Assembly (NCBI GenBank): GCA_965237525.1 | Contig: CBDEFO010000008.1 | Coordinates: forward strand, 352,001 to 416,000 | From: Candidatus Latescibacterota bacterium | Lineage (GTDB): Bacteria > Latescibacterota > CBDEFO01 | DNA: 64,000 nt | Direction of reading: 5' to 3' | Shown here: piece after piece, positions 31,441 through 42,122 of the stretch | Layout: each line of letters begins with the position of its first letter | Position numbering within the stretch: position 1 is the stretch's first letter | Program-made: the position numbers and the translations under genes | The notes under the pieces: generated by a model | What the model saw: the letters and a program-made list of their open reading frames with translations, nothing else | Told to the model about the DNA's origin: nothing | Databases searched by the model: none

Positions 31441-31905
31441 ATGTCGGCACAAATAATATTGATGTCTCACGTCGCCTTTGGACTTTTGGGAATACTTGCA
31501 GCTATGTGGATATTTGTGGAGGTCCTAAATGTCACTTATCGCAACAAAGACAGGATAAGATATATGAGCATGGCAGTGGCCGTCTTTGTGTGGGCTTCGT
31601 TCTTGCTCGGAGGGTATTGGTATATGACTTACTACGGAGGTGACAGGGGTATAATAAAGGCCGGCCCCTAGCCGTGGGCGCACTTGTTTTTCATGGAGGC
31701 AAAGGAGCACCTGTCCTTCATGTTTCTTGTACTCGGTACGTACCTGCCGATTGTAGTCAACGATAACCGCCCACTTGCCGAAAGAGGCGCCCGGACTCTG
31801 ACGTTGACAGTTACAGGATTGATCGTACTTTTGGGACTTACAATGGAAGGATTCGGAGCCGTGATAAGCCTTGCGGTCAAGAGGGGGCTCTTAGGGAGTG
31901 ACTGA
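31441..31905 (+). pseudogene. membrane protein with in-frame TAG
   Basis: ORFs 31441-31671 and 31684-31905 are in the same frame, separated by TAG in AGP*PWAH. Confidence 0.7.
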
Positions 31906-32227
31906 AATATCCCACAAGAAGAGCGGGAAATACGCCGTAGGATTCGGACTGTCGTTTGTGATGGCGAGCCTGTTCAATGCGCTGGTTGTGGTTTTAAAGG
32001 ACACTGATGAAGCGCTGAAGGCCTGCATGAAAACCTTCATCGGTCACCACTGGGTAACTCACGGACTTTTAGTCCTGACGCTATTTATAGTGTTAGGTCT
32101 TGTACTTTCTAACATTAAGGCCGAGGGAAAGTTAGCGTTGGACGCCAAGAAGATGCCCATAGCCATCACAGCGGCGACGCTCATCGGCGGGATAATAATC
32201 GTAGGGTTCTACTTGACGCGTTTATGA
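31898..32227 (+). CDS. hypothetical membrane protein
   Basis: Three hydrophobic helices, GHHWVTHG motif, overlaps the upstream gene. Confidence 0.7.
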   Translation: MTEISHKKSGKYAVGFGLSFVMASLFNALVVVLKDTDEALKACMKTFIGHHWVTHGLLVLTLFIVLGLVLSNIKAEGKLALDAKKMPIAITAATLIGGIIIVGFYLTRL

Positions 32228-32320
32228 CATGAATAGCCATTCCAAATCCAGAATGTCTTTATTTTCATATAGGAGGTTGCTATCGATACGCCACCCATTG
32301 ATGATCGCGACTGGTCGGCA

Positions 32321-33127
32321 TTGACCCCCGGAGAGCGTATTCGCCAGATTGAAGTCGAGGGTTATCTTGCACTGCCTGATCTGCTAACAGCCGAGCATAT
32401 CTCCCGGCTTAAGGCCGAAACCGCTAAATTGGAAACCCAACCTGTGGATTACAGTGTCTACCAGCGGGGATGCCCAAACATTCAGTTTGTGGGCGGTGCC
32501 ATTACAGAGTTAACTGCCCACCCACCGACAATATCCTTTCTACGGGAGCTCTTCGGCGATGAAATTATCACTATGTCCTACGGCTACGCCCGTTCCGAAC
32601 CCGGTCATCCCGGCATCAGTCTGCATGCAGATGGACAACCTTACGGTACGAAGATCTTCGGCTACGAGGGCAGTGTACCCTATATGGTAAGGGTGCTGTA
32701 CTATCTTGAGGACCTCACGCCAGAAGTATCCCCGTTTCGAGTAGTGCCCCGATCTCACCTCTGCATGCACGCCGATGCAAACCCGTACAAACGGTACGAG
32801 TCACACCCTGAGGAGGTTATGGTTCCGTTGAAAGCTGGTTCGGCGATGCTTATTAACCATCGGGTTTTTCACGGCAACTACCCCAATACCGGGGATTGGG
32901 CACGTGAGATGCTGGCAATTGCCTATCGTCCAGCGTGGGCAGGTCCGATTGAGGAGGTATCTACTTGGGATCCGGACGATCTGGCCAAGTTGCCAGATGC
33001 CCTGCGTCAGTTGTATGCCGATCCCAATACTCGTCATTGGGATTTCTACGGTGGCAACAAACCTCCCAATATGGCGAGCCAAGCTCCGGGTATGAACCCC
33101 AGCCGTTGGCAAGACGACACGGATTAG
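32321..33127 (+). CDS. phytanoyl-CoA dioxygenase (PhyH) family
   Basis: LHAD, VVPRSH, AGSAMLINHRVFHG; true start may be 32282. Confidence 0.85.
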   Translation: MTPGERIRQIEVEGYLALPDLLTAEHISRLKAETAKLETQPVDYSVYQRGCPNIQFVGGAITELTAHPPTISFLRELFGDEIITMSYGYARSEPGHPGISLHADGQPYGTKIFGYEGSVPYMVRVLYYLEDLTPEVSPFRVVPRSHLCMHADANPYKRYESHPEEVMVPLKAGSAMLINHRVFHGNYPNTGDWAREMLAIAYRPAWAGPIEEVSTWDPDDLAKLPDALRQLYADPNTRHWDFYGGNKPPNMASQAPGMNPSRWQDDTD

Positions 33128-33345
33128 CAATTGGGCTACTTCATCTTACAGTAGAAGGAAGAATAAGACTTATCCTAGTCGGATGCGGGTATGCAGGTAA
33201 GACGACCTTAGTCAGCCAGATTTAAATGAGAATAGAGAACTATATTGATATCTTTTCATCTTTTGTTCCTTAAGATTCTGACACATGTTTCCACAAGCAA
33301 ATAATATTAGAAAGGACGCAACCTGAGCAGATTGGAGATTAAGCT

Positions 33346-34107
33346 ATGGCCCGTAAGAAAGTCCTGATCACCGGCATGAGTGGCCTGATCGGCGGCGTTG
33401 TACGCCAGCATTTAGAGGGTCAATATGAGATGAGCGCGCTGAACCGAAGCGATGTGCCGGGGGTGGCATGCCATCGGGCAGACATCGCCGATCTGGAGGC
33501 GATTTTGCCCGCGTTTGAAGGGAAGGATACAGTCGTACACCTGGCGGCGTTCGCACAGGACAATGCATCCTGGGATGAGGTTCTTCCCCACAATGTGATT
33601 GGAACCTACAATGTCTTTGAGGCATCCCGCCGGTCAGGAGTTAAACGGATCATCTTCGCCAGCAGCGGAGCCGCCACATCGGGATGCGAGCAGGAGATGC
33701 CCTACAGGGCACTGGTCGAGGGGCTCTACGACGAGGTGCCGGAGACCTGGGAGAAGATGATGACCCATCAGTCGCTGACCCGGCCGAACGGTCTCTACGG
33801 CTGCAGCAAGGTCTGGGGGGAGACTCTGGCCAGACACTTCACGGACACCTCCGATCTTTCTATCATCTGCCTGCGCATCGGCGCTGTCAACAGTGTAGAC
33901 CGCCCATTTGAGCCCCGACACTTTTCGGTCTGGTGCAGCCAGCGCGACATCAGCCAACTGGTGGAACGGTGTATCGAGGCACCAGACAGCCTCCGCTTCG
34001 ATATCTTTTACGCTGTGTCGAACAACAAGTGGAGCTACCGCGATGTGGAACACGCCCGCAAGGTGCTCGGCTTTGTGCCTCAGGATGCGGCTGAGGATCA
34101 TCGCTAA
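33346..34107 (+). CDS. NAD-dependent epimerase/dehydrogenase (uronate dehydrogenase-like)
   Basis: ITGMSGLIG, VVHLAA, FASS, YGCSK, LRIG. Confidence 0.88.
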   Translation: MARKKVLITGMSGLIGGVVRQHLEGQYEMSALNRSDVPGVACHRADIADLEAILPAFEGKDTVVHLAAFAQDNASWDEVLPHNVIGTYNVFEASRRSGVKRIIFASSGAATSGCEQEMPYRALVEGLYDEVPETWEKMMTHQSLTRPNGLYGCSKVWGETLARHFTDTSDLSIICLRIGAVNSVDRPFEPRHFSVWCSQRDISQLVERCIEAPDSLRFDIFYAVSNNKWSYRDVEHARKVLGFVPQDAAEDHR

Positions 34108-34336
34108 GAGCCCATTGCGAAAAATCCATTGGCCATTTTGGCAATCCTTGAACTTAGCCGAAATCTCGGCGAACAGCAAGTGGAGAAGAACAGTTAGCTG
34201 CCAGGAAAGTGAGGGCATCCTCTCGGGAACTGCTCACCGACCAGGAAAATCCGGGCATTCTACCAGAAGACGAGGGAGCTGGGGATGACCATCTTCTTCA
34301 TCGGCACAAGTAGCATCACCTGAAGGATTCCGTTGA

Positions 34337-34361
34337 TCTCCGATTGAACCTATCGGGGGGA
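34337..34361. repeat. dispersed palindrome (variant)
   Basis: tctccgattgaacctatcgggggga. Confidence 0.7.
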
Positions 34362-34471
34362 TCGAGTGCTGAATCTGACTCGACACTATTTGGACACCAA
34401 GAAGAAAAAGAGAAGCACTTAGCGAGGAAGTGAGCTCTTCTAAGTGCTTTATTTCAGCGAAGATATAGGGA

Positions 34472-34544
34472 AGCCGGCGATCGGACTCGAACCGATGACC
34501 TGCTCATTACGAGTGAGCTGCTCTCCCAGCTGAGCTACGCCGGC
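34472..34544 (-). tRNA. tRNA-Thr(CGT)
   Basis: GCCGGCG acceptor stem, TAGCTCAG D arm, GCTCA-CTCGTAA-TGAGC anticodon arm, GGTTCGAGTCC T arm; CCA not encoded. Confidence 0.95.
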
Positions 34545-34901
34545 CTTATCTTACCAAACAATAGGTAGTACACAGGACACCTCCTCCCCTGCACGCTGTC
34601 TACCTGTTGTGCACCTCATCCGCACTCAATGATTATGACCATAGCAATCAATGCCCCCGTGATCACAGAGAAGATAGTGCGATTCTTCCAGTTAGGCTCA
34701 GCGGTTTCCACGATCAAGTGCATCAGATAGTCTATTAAGCGTACCAGAATGTGGTGGCGGGCTCCAAAAGATTTCATCACGTCTTTTCCCCAGAAAGCTC
34801 TTCGACCACTGGAGAAAGGGCTGGCAGAAATGCACACAGTGCCCACAAGACCTTTTTGGGGGGGCCATCCGGCTTGAAGACTCTCCAACGATCATAGATG
34901 T

Positions 34902-35231
34902 TCAGTCATCTGTCCCTCGGTGGAGGTGACCTTTTCGCTTTTTACCGTTGAGTTCGTCTTCTAAGTAGATTCCCCTGAATTCCTCGTTATAGATCTCGAG
35001 GATCGTATGTTCGTCACCCATTTTGGTGCACACAAGGTCGCCAGGGCCCACATCATATTCGACTCCTTCTGTTACAATGCGGGCTCGACCGTCTATGATC
35101 AGCCAACATTCGTTGCAGTCGTGATAGTGTAGTTCTATGTTCTGACCCTTCTTGAGAGTGAATACACCGTAGGAACTTAATGACACCCAGTCGGGTTTAG
35201 AATCTGTATCCCCTCGTTTGACAACAGGCAT
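34902..35231 (-). CDS. cupin domain protein
   Basis: LHYHDCNECW..GDLV..GDEH. Start moved to MPVV at 35231. Confidence 0.85.
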   Translation of the reverse strand: MPVVKRGDTDSKPDWVSLSSYGVFTLKKGQNIELHYHDCNECWLIIDGRARIVTEGVEYDVGPGDLVCTKMGDEHTILEIYNEEFRGIYLEDELNGKKRKGHLHRGTDD

Positions 35232-35265
35232 TTTACCCCCTTTGCATCTTTTCCCAGAGAGTTCT

Positions 35266-35288
35266 TCCCCGATAGATTCAATCGGGGA
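35266..35288. repeat. 23-bp dispersed palindrome (consensus copy)
   Basis: tccccgatagattcaatcgggga. Confidence 0.85.
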
Positions 35289-35581
35289 TGGCCCATAAGC
35301 GTCAAAAAATACGTTCACTTCTATGTCTGTTGTTCATTATTAAAGTACTATATTGAGAAGACAAAATCAAGTTAAAACTTAGATGCGACCAAAACTGTTT
35401 ACAAATAACAGCTATTAGCATTTTTCTTGACAGATCCTATCGATTTTCTTATCATGTCCTGAGCGGGCTCAACATCTTATGCGTCATCACGAAGCATATC
35501 GTTGATCTTATTTCCCCCACGCGGCCCGCAAGGAAAAAGTTTTTCAATACTTCTTGCGGAACCTCAACAAAGGAACATCTA

Positions 35582-35809
35582 ATGGCAAAGTCCCTTTGGG
35601 ATAAATTTATGGAAAGCCTTACAGAGGAAGAAAAAGCTATATGGGAAAGGTGGGAGGAAGCTACACAAGAGACACCTGATGAGTTGTCGAAAGACGAGAG
35701 GAGAGCGGCAGCAAGTGGCGGGATTACGTCAGAGGATATGAAAGTGCTGGACAGATTGAGAGAAAGATGGGAAGAGTTGATGTGGGAGGATCTCGAGGAT
35801 GAAGATTAG
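35582..35809 (+). CDS. small acidic hypothetical protein
   Basis: AAGGA RBS, plausible helical composition. Confidence 0.55.
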   Translation: MAKSLWDKFMESLTEEEKAIWERWEEATQETPDELSKDERRAAASGGITSEDMKVLDRLRERWEELMWEDLEDED

Positions 35810-35871
35810 TCAAGTCAAACACATTTCATGTTGCGATTTTACAAAGAGTCGTGTGCAGAAGATAGGAGGAG

Positions 35872-37213
35872 ATGATGAACGTTATTTTCATCGCTGTAGA
35901 CTCGTTACGGCAGGATCATGTAAGTTTCTACGGCTGGGACAATTGCCCTGTGGAGACACCTAACTTCGACAGGTTTGCAAGAGAGAGCATCGTCTTTGAA
36001 AACTGCTATCCTGAAGCGCTGCCCACCATCCCAGTTCGCACACAGTGGAAGACGGGACAGTTGCCACTATACTTTCAGACGAGGGCTATCTAACCGCCCT
36101 TTTTACCGATTGCTACCACTATTTTAAACCGAACTGTAATTTCCACCGGGATTTTAGGGTGTGGAGATGGATTCGAGGGCAGGAGTATGATCCCTATCGT
36201 TCAGGACCTTTGAAAAAATTCAAGCTCCAAGACTTCATCAACGACAAATTCCCTGACCGCGCCAAAGGCGGAATCATCTGGAGAAATCTGGTGGAGACGT
36301 GTTTGATTAACATCGAACCTTCGAGACGGGTGATGATCACTTCTGCGCTCAGTTGGTCTCTCAAGCCTCCGAGTGGCTTGAGGGTAATGAGTTGACCCTC
36401 GATAGATTCAATCGGGGGAACGATAGAGAGATATTTATGTGGGTCGACTCTTTCGATCCGCATGAACCCTGGACGCCGCCGCCAGAATTCGATAAATATA
36501 CCGACCCGGATTACAAAGGGAAACGATACATTTTGCCGCCTGGTGGTCCTTCTTCGGATTACTTCACAGAAGAGGAGATAAACTGCATACGCGGTTTATA
36601 CGCAGGAGAGGTAGCCTACGTGGATCATTATATAGGCAAACTGTTATACAAACTCGAGGAGTTGGGCTATTTCGATAACTCCCTCATAATCCTTATTTCA
36701 GATCATGGACATCCGCTCTCAGATCACGGTAAATTCCTCAAGGGTCCAGACAGGATGTACAACGAATTGTTGAAAGTGATGTTTATGATCCGCTTTCCGA
36801 AGGCAGAGTACGGTGGACAGAGATTGGACGCACTATCTCAGTTCCACGACATCCTCCCTACAATCCTGGATGCGATAGGGCTTAGGAATAACCTTGAGAC
36901 ACTTCAGGGACGGAGTCTGATGCCCCTGATAAAAGGCGAGACAAAAGAGTTCAGAGAGGCGATCGTTACGGGTTATCACGACGCTGCTGACCGCTGTATC
37001 AGAGACAAGGTATGGAGCTATATCCGCCGCCCCGATCCTGACGAGTTGTACAACCTCATAGACGACCCTCTCGAAAGGGTGAATCTCATAGACGATTATC
37101 CTCAGGAGGCTGTCAAATTGGCGTCGCTATTCGGATCGTCGTATGCCATAAGTGGAGAGCCAATTAAGGGAATCCAGGGACGCTACGAGATAGAAGGATC
37201 GGCAGCTGAATAA
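35872..37213 (+). pseudogene. sulfatase-like AlkP-superfamily hydrolase, fragmented
   Basis: DSLRQD, TPNFD, PTIPVR (Thr at the usual Cys/Ser position), DPHEPW, SDHG. Split over three frames with breaks near 36060 and 36320. Confidence 0.85.
36396..36418. repeat. 23-bp dispersed palindrome (in CDS)
   Basis: ccctcgatagattcaatcggggg, read as TLDRFNRG. Confidence 0.8.
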
Positions 37214-37229
37214 AAGAGGGATCGGTCAA

Positions 37230-37252
37230 TCCCCGATTGAATCTATCGGGGA
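37230..37252. repeat. 23-bp dispersed palindrome (consensus copy)
   Basis: tccccgattgaatctatcgggga with TCAAT on both sides. Confidence 0.85.
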
Positions 37253-37350
37253 TCAATTAGAAAACCAAGGTTATTTCAAAGATGAAACGATTGCTAACTT
37301 TCCTGAGCACGGTGTTTATTCCGCTTTCGTTTAGTTGAGGAAGGACGCAT

Positions 37351-38319
37351 ATGTATGCCCATCTAAAAGAAGACAACGTAATTCTCGATGATCCCGAGCA
37401 GCTGCGCTCGACCATAAACGAGCGCGGTTATCTCTTCTTCCGCCGGCTGTTCGACCCGGTGAGGGCGCTCCAACTAAAGAGTGATATGATGTCTCAATTG
37501 CGGTCCCACTTTTTCATCGAGGATGATGGATCGACCGACCCGATGTGGAGCGGGGGGCCACATCCTACCGAAGAGGAGTGGATGGTGATCTATGGCAAGC
37601 TGGTAGAGCTTCCATCTTTGCGAGTTCTGGCCTACACCCCCGATGTGATCCAGGTGATGCAGCACTTGGTAGGTGGGCCGGTAAGGGTATGGAAACAAAG
37701 GATAACCCGGTGCATCTATCCCGACCCCAACAGCACAGTCGCTCGCGGCGCCGGCGCTCATCAGGATGCTAACCCCGCTTTTGGTTACCATGCGGATGAC
37801 TTTTATACTTGCTGGTACCCGCTAATGGACATCGACCGGTCGATTGGCGGTCTGGCAGTCGCGCCCAACTCAAACAAGTACGGCCTGATCGAGCACAAGG
37901 GAATCGTTGCCAGCTCGCAGAATCTGGAAAAGAAGCGCGTGGCGGCGGTGGTCGTCCCCGAAGATCTTACCTGGGCGACGAGTGAATACCATCCCGGCGA
38001 TGCAGTCATCTTCTACTGCCGGACCGTGCATCAGGGTATGCCCAACCACTCCGATCGAATCCGGCTCTCGGTTGATTGTCGCTACCAACAGAAAGGCCTC
38101 CATGTCACCTGGTTGGCCCGGGCTACGGCGAAACAGACCAGGCGGATGGGCCAGCGTATCGATGCTACTCTGTCCAGTCGGGCCTATTGGATCCGGACGA
38201 GGGCCGGGGATGATGTGCTCGAGGCAGTCCGCACCCGTATGATGGAAGAGGGAAATCCGAGTCTAGATCGAGCCGTCGAGTTGGTGACCGAGATACGGAA
38301 TCAAGAGTCACATAGCTAG
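37351..38319 (+). CDS. PhyH-family dioxygenase
   Basis: AHQD, TCWYPL.D..GGLAV, PGDAVIF..TVHQG.PN..RLSVDCRYQ. Confidence 0.88.
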   Translation: MYAHLKEDNVILDDPEQLRSTINERGYLFFRRLFDPVRALQLKSDMMSQLRSHFFIEDDGSTDPMWSGGPHPTEEEWMVIYGKLVELPSLRVLAYTPDVIQVMQHLVGGPVRVWKQRITRCIYPDPNSTVARGAGAHQDANPAFGYHADDFYTCWYPLMDIDRSIGGLAVAPNSNKYGLIEHKGIVASSQNLEKKRVAAVVVPEDLTWATSEYHPGDAVIFYCRTVHQGMPNHSDRIRLSVDCRYQQKGLHVTWLARATAKQTRRMGQRIDATLSSRAYWIRTRAGDDVLEAVRTRMMEEGNPSLDRAVELVTEIRNQESHS

Positions 38320-38352
38320 CGCTGTGTCAAAGGCGCCTTGACGGACAAATCC

Positions 38353-38376
38353 GTAGGGGCTGGGCAAGCCCAGCCC
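38353..38376. repeat. GTAG-type REP-like hairpin
   Basis: gtag-gggctgggc-aa-gcccagccc. Confidence 0.55.
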
Positions 38377-38378
38377 AG

Positions 38379-38989
38379 GAGGTAGCCTACGTGGATCATT
38401 ATATAGGCAAACTGTTGTACAAACTCGAGGAGTTGGGCTATTTCGATAACTCCCTCATAATCTTTGTCTTAGATCATGAACATCCTCTTTCAGATCACGG
38501 CAAATTCCTCAAGGGTCCGGACAGGATGTATAACGAATTGTTGAAAGTGATGTTTATGATCCGCTTTCCGCAGGCAGAGTACGGTGGACAGAGATTGGAC
38601 GCACTATCTCAGTTCCGCGACATCCTCCCTACAATCCTGGACGCGATAGGGCTTAAGAACAACCTTGAGACACTTCAGGGACGGAGTCTGATGCCCCCTG
38701 ATAAAAGGCGAGACAAAAGAATTCAGAGAGGCGATCGTTACGGGTCATCACGACGCTGCTGACCGCTGTATCAGAGACAAGGTAGGGAGCTATATTCTCC
38801 GCCCTGATCCCGATCGCGACGAGTTGTACAACCTCATAGACGACCCTGGCGAAAGGGTGAATCTCATAGACGATTATCCGCAGGAGGCTGTCAAATTGCG
38901 TCGCAGTTCGGATCGTCGTATGCCATAAGTGGAAAGCCAATTAAGGGAATTCAGGGACGCTACGAGATAGAAGGGGCGGCGCCTGAATA
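38379..38989 (+). pseudogene. degenerate duplicate of the sulfatase 3' part
   Basis: Near-identical to 36608-37213, with frameshifts. Confidence 0.9.
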
Positions 38990-39059
38990 AAACGGTCAAG
39001 TTTAGAATATCAAGGACCGTTATACAAAATCGCATTGAAGCGATATGGGCTTGACGACC

Positions 39060-40500
39060 TCAGACGGGCAACTGCATCTGCGGTTCGCGCCGCAAGCCCG
39101 CCACGCTCGGCGTATTGAACCGCTTGCCTTCGACGATCTCTGCAACGGTGAGCATCTGCATCCTGGGGTAAGGAATGCCCAACACCTCAAGATCGCCCGC
39201 CTCGGCCATGAAGCGGTTGAAGTTCCGCGCCTTTGTCTCGCCTAGCGGCTCCATAATGATGAGCCCGGCCATGAGCGCGTCGTTGTTATCGAGTACGCCC
39301 AGGAGCGAGCGAAGGACGATGATTCCCACGTTCTTTCCGCCCTTGACCTCTATCACAAGGCTTTGCAAGTCTCGCTCGCCTAGGGCAGGCACGGCGAAGT
39401 AAAGGCGGCCGTCGATCCCCTCCGTCACCCGTAGGCCGCGACGTCACGAACCCATCCACCTGTTCGACGACCCACTTCTGAAACTGATACTTGTCGCGCT
39501 TCCATAGATCGCGTGCACCCTCCAGGTTGCGCGGTATGCCTTCGATAACGTAGTCCTTGCCAGCCTCCAGGCCGCAACGCTCCTGCAAGCGCTTTTGCGC
39601 GACTCGCTTGACGGCGTGAATGGCGATGTCAATGCCGATCCATCGCCGCCCAAGATGGTGCGCTGCTTCGAGCGTAGTGGCGCATCCGCAGAATGGGTCT
39701 AACACAAGGTCGCCTGGGTTGCTAGAAGCCTTGATAATGCGCTCTAACAAGGCTACTGGCTTCTGGGTGGCATAACCCATGCGCTCTTTGGATTGCGAGT
39801 GTAGATAGGGCAAATCCCACACATCATCCATTTTGGTGCCGCGCGCAGTATCTCGGCCTCCACGCAAATCCGTCTTGCCGTCAACACTCATAGAACGGTG
39901 GATCGTTTTTTCGCTGTAGGGTTGAAACTGGGTATTGAATACGGCCTGTTTCCCACTGCCATAACGCAATACAGTATCATGCATTCGTTGGAAATGTCTG
40001 TGGCCGGAAGGCCATCTCTTGTAATGCCAGATAATCTCGTTCCCAAAGTTCCGGTGTCCAAATATCGCGTCCATAAACACCTTGATGTAATGGCTGGCCG
40101 TCGGGTCGCAGTGCAGATAAATACTCCCCGTCGGTTTCAAGATTGACTTCATATAGAGCAGGCGTTCAGTCATGTATGATAGATAAGCCAAGAGGCGCGG
40201 CTGTGTGTTGCGCAGCGCAGTCATCCATAACCGCCAGAAATCCACAGTCGCATCGTCAATACCCGCCTCGCGCATCAAAACCGGCATGGTACGTATGGCG
40301 CGTTCGCGGTCGTCATCTAGCTCCCAGGTGTCGCAAAACGCCTCTACCTGATCGGGTAGCGGGCGTCCGGTTTCGTCCTTGTAGATGGCGTTGTAAGATC
40401 GGTTGGAGTTGAACGGCGGATCAAGGTAAATCAGATCCACGCTTGAAAATGGCATGTTCTGCATGATGGCAAGGCAATCGCCGTAGTAAAGCCGGTTCAT
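39060..40500 (-). pseudogene. DNA MTase-Mrr-like nuclease fusion, allele B, frameshifted in the nuclease domain
   Basis: DPPF and FCGCATT motifs intact; extra G at about 39418 in the GDGG-ID codons. Confidence 0.85.
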
Positions 40501-41372
40501 GCGAAGCACCCGCGCACGAAGGAGCCGAAGGCGTTGTCGTTCTCGCGCTGATTGTACTTGTAGCACGCCTCGGCAATGTAGAGGGGCATGTAGCGAGTGG
40601 AGTAATGATGATGCGACCCGTGCCACGCCCGCTTGATGAGCGACAATACGCCTTCTATCGTGCTCGTGTGGGCGAGACGTTGCGCGTAAGCCTTGCTATG
40701 GTCGATGACCAAGTGCCTAAACGCCCTCTCGATTGCGCGATAGCCCCTGTATTCGTCTGTGAGATCAGAAGGGAACCATCGGGGGTCCACAGTGCTCTTG
40801 ATGAACCGCAGGAGAGCCTTGCCCGTGAGGCCTTTGGCAACCTGCGCAACAACCCGCCCGCCGCGTTCTACAACGCCGACCACCGGGGTCTTACGCGTTC
40901 CGCGTCCGCGCGGGTTATTCCGAGGGGAAGTAGGTGAAACGTGGCGGGGGCGTCCGCCCACATAGGTCTCATCAACTTCGACGATGCCTCGAAGCAGGCC
41001 AGCTTGCGCAGAACCCATCTGCGCTCGGATGCGCACTTGCATGTAAAGAGCGGTGGACTGCACCAAGTTGAGGTCGCGGGCCAGTTGATGACTTGACAGG
41101 CTTTTTTTGGCGTTTACCATGAGGCCAATGCACAGGAACCACTTTTGGAGCGGTATCTTGGTGCCGCAAAAGACGGTGTTAGCTAGAACATTGTAGCTGC
41201 GATGGCAAGCGTGGCAGTTCCACCGGCCTATACGCTCTCCGTCTATCTTGCGCGCCACGCGGACGCTATCACAGTGCGGACAGTGCGGTTCGCTGTGCCA
41301 GCGCACCTTCTCAAGGTGCTCGATGCAGGCTTCCTGATTGGGGTAGCGGCTGAAGATGGTGAGTAAGTTCAT
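40497..41372 (-). CDS. IS1595 transposase
   Basis: CPHC..CHAC, VEVDETYVGG, TDEY, TIEG. Open frame, with apparent compensating indels near 40770-40790. Confidence 0.88.
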   Translation of the reverse strand: MNLLTIFSRYPNQEACIEHLEKVRWHSEPHCPHCDSVRVARKIDGERIGRWNCHACHRSYNVLANTVFCGTKIPLQKWFLCIGLMVNAKKSLSSHQLARDLNLVQSTALYMQVRIRAQMGSAQAGLLRGIVEVDETYVGGRPRHVSPTSPRNNPRGRGTRKTPVVGVVERGGRVVAQVAKGLTGKALLRFIKSTVDPRWFPSDLTDEYRGYRAIERAFRHLVIDHSKAYAQRLAHTSTIEGVLSLIKRAWHGSHHHYSTRYMPLYIAEACYKYNQRENDNAFGSFVRGCFA

Positions 41373-41603
41373 GGCTTGTCCTCCTGCATCTAATATAGCA
41401 CGCGCCCTACAGAAAGTCAAGCCCATATCGCTTCAATGCGTAGTATCTAGAAGGACATACGAAGAACTCATACGGTCTGTCAGTCATTATCCTAATCATT
41501 TATGCTTACCCAGATGCAGAAGTATACCTTATTCATGTGTTTAACATCAGAAACAATCAGTCTAGGGAAATACTAGTATCCCTTATAAACGGAGGATAAC
41601 GCC

Positions 41604-41867
41604 ATGATATATGATGACCTTTTAGCCTTATTAGTTAGAATATCCTGTCACTTCCAGTATACTAAGATGAAACTGAGCGAGCTGTATTGCCCAGATGAAC
41701 TGCATGACGCAGATGCACTATTTGCCGATCTCAAACTCAGTGAGAGTATAGCTAACGATATTAAACATAAGCAGGCCGTGTTAGAGGAGGTTGTAAACCA
41801 GTATATAAACGGCATGCGTCTCTCCAAATCTATAATAGACAACGAAGCCAGCGACCCTACTGTCTAA
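41604..41867 (+). CDS. hypothetical protein
   Basis: GGAGG RBS; no motif. Confidence 0.5.
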   Translation: MIYDDLLALLVRISCHFQYTKMKLSELYCPDELHDADALFADLKLSESIANDIKHKQAVLEEVVNQYINGMRLSKSIIDNEASDPTV

Positions 41868-42122
41868 GATAGATATGGATTCTCCGATAGAAAGGGTAAG
41901 GACACAGACAACTGCCGCCTAGACCTACATGTAGCAACGCTGTTAATCCAGGACCGTCGCCTGATCCTCGATCTGCGGCTGTGCATATGTCAGTCCGAAG
42001 ACGGTATTTCAACACCAATCTGGTCGCTACCCTTAATGCGTGGCATCTATCGCACCGAGGTTCCGTCCCCGTCCCACCAAGTAATCAGACTGCGTTACGC
42101 CTCCTCCCGACTGTTCCCGGTT

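Larger units (their letters stand above)
39031..41440 (-). mobile_element. IS1595-family transposon copy B with MTase-nuclease cargo
   Basis: Same perfect 25-bp IRs at 39031-39055 and 41416-41440; no matching TSD. Confidence 0.92.

Noticed and set aside
31669..31671. TAG recoding (also TAG at 6472 at a Trp position)
   Set aside because: TAG is the normal stop of several intact genes here (e.g. guaB3, the sigma factor). Single TGG>TAG changes explain both, and the transposase has other lesions.
33130..33225. P-loop fragment LILVGCGYAGKTT
   Set aside because: Too short, no good start, immediate stop; at most a gene scar.
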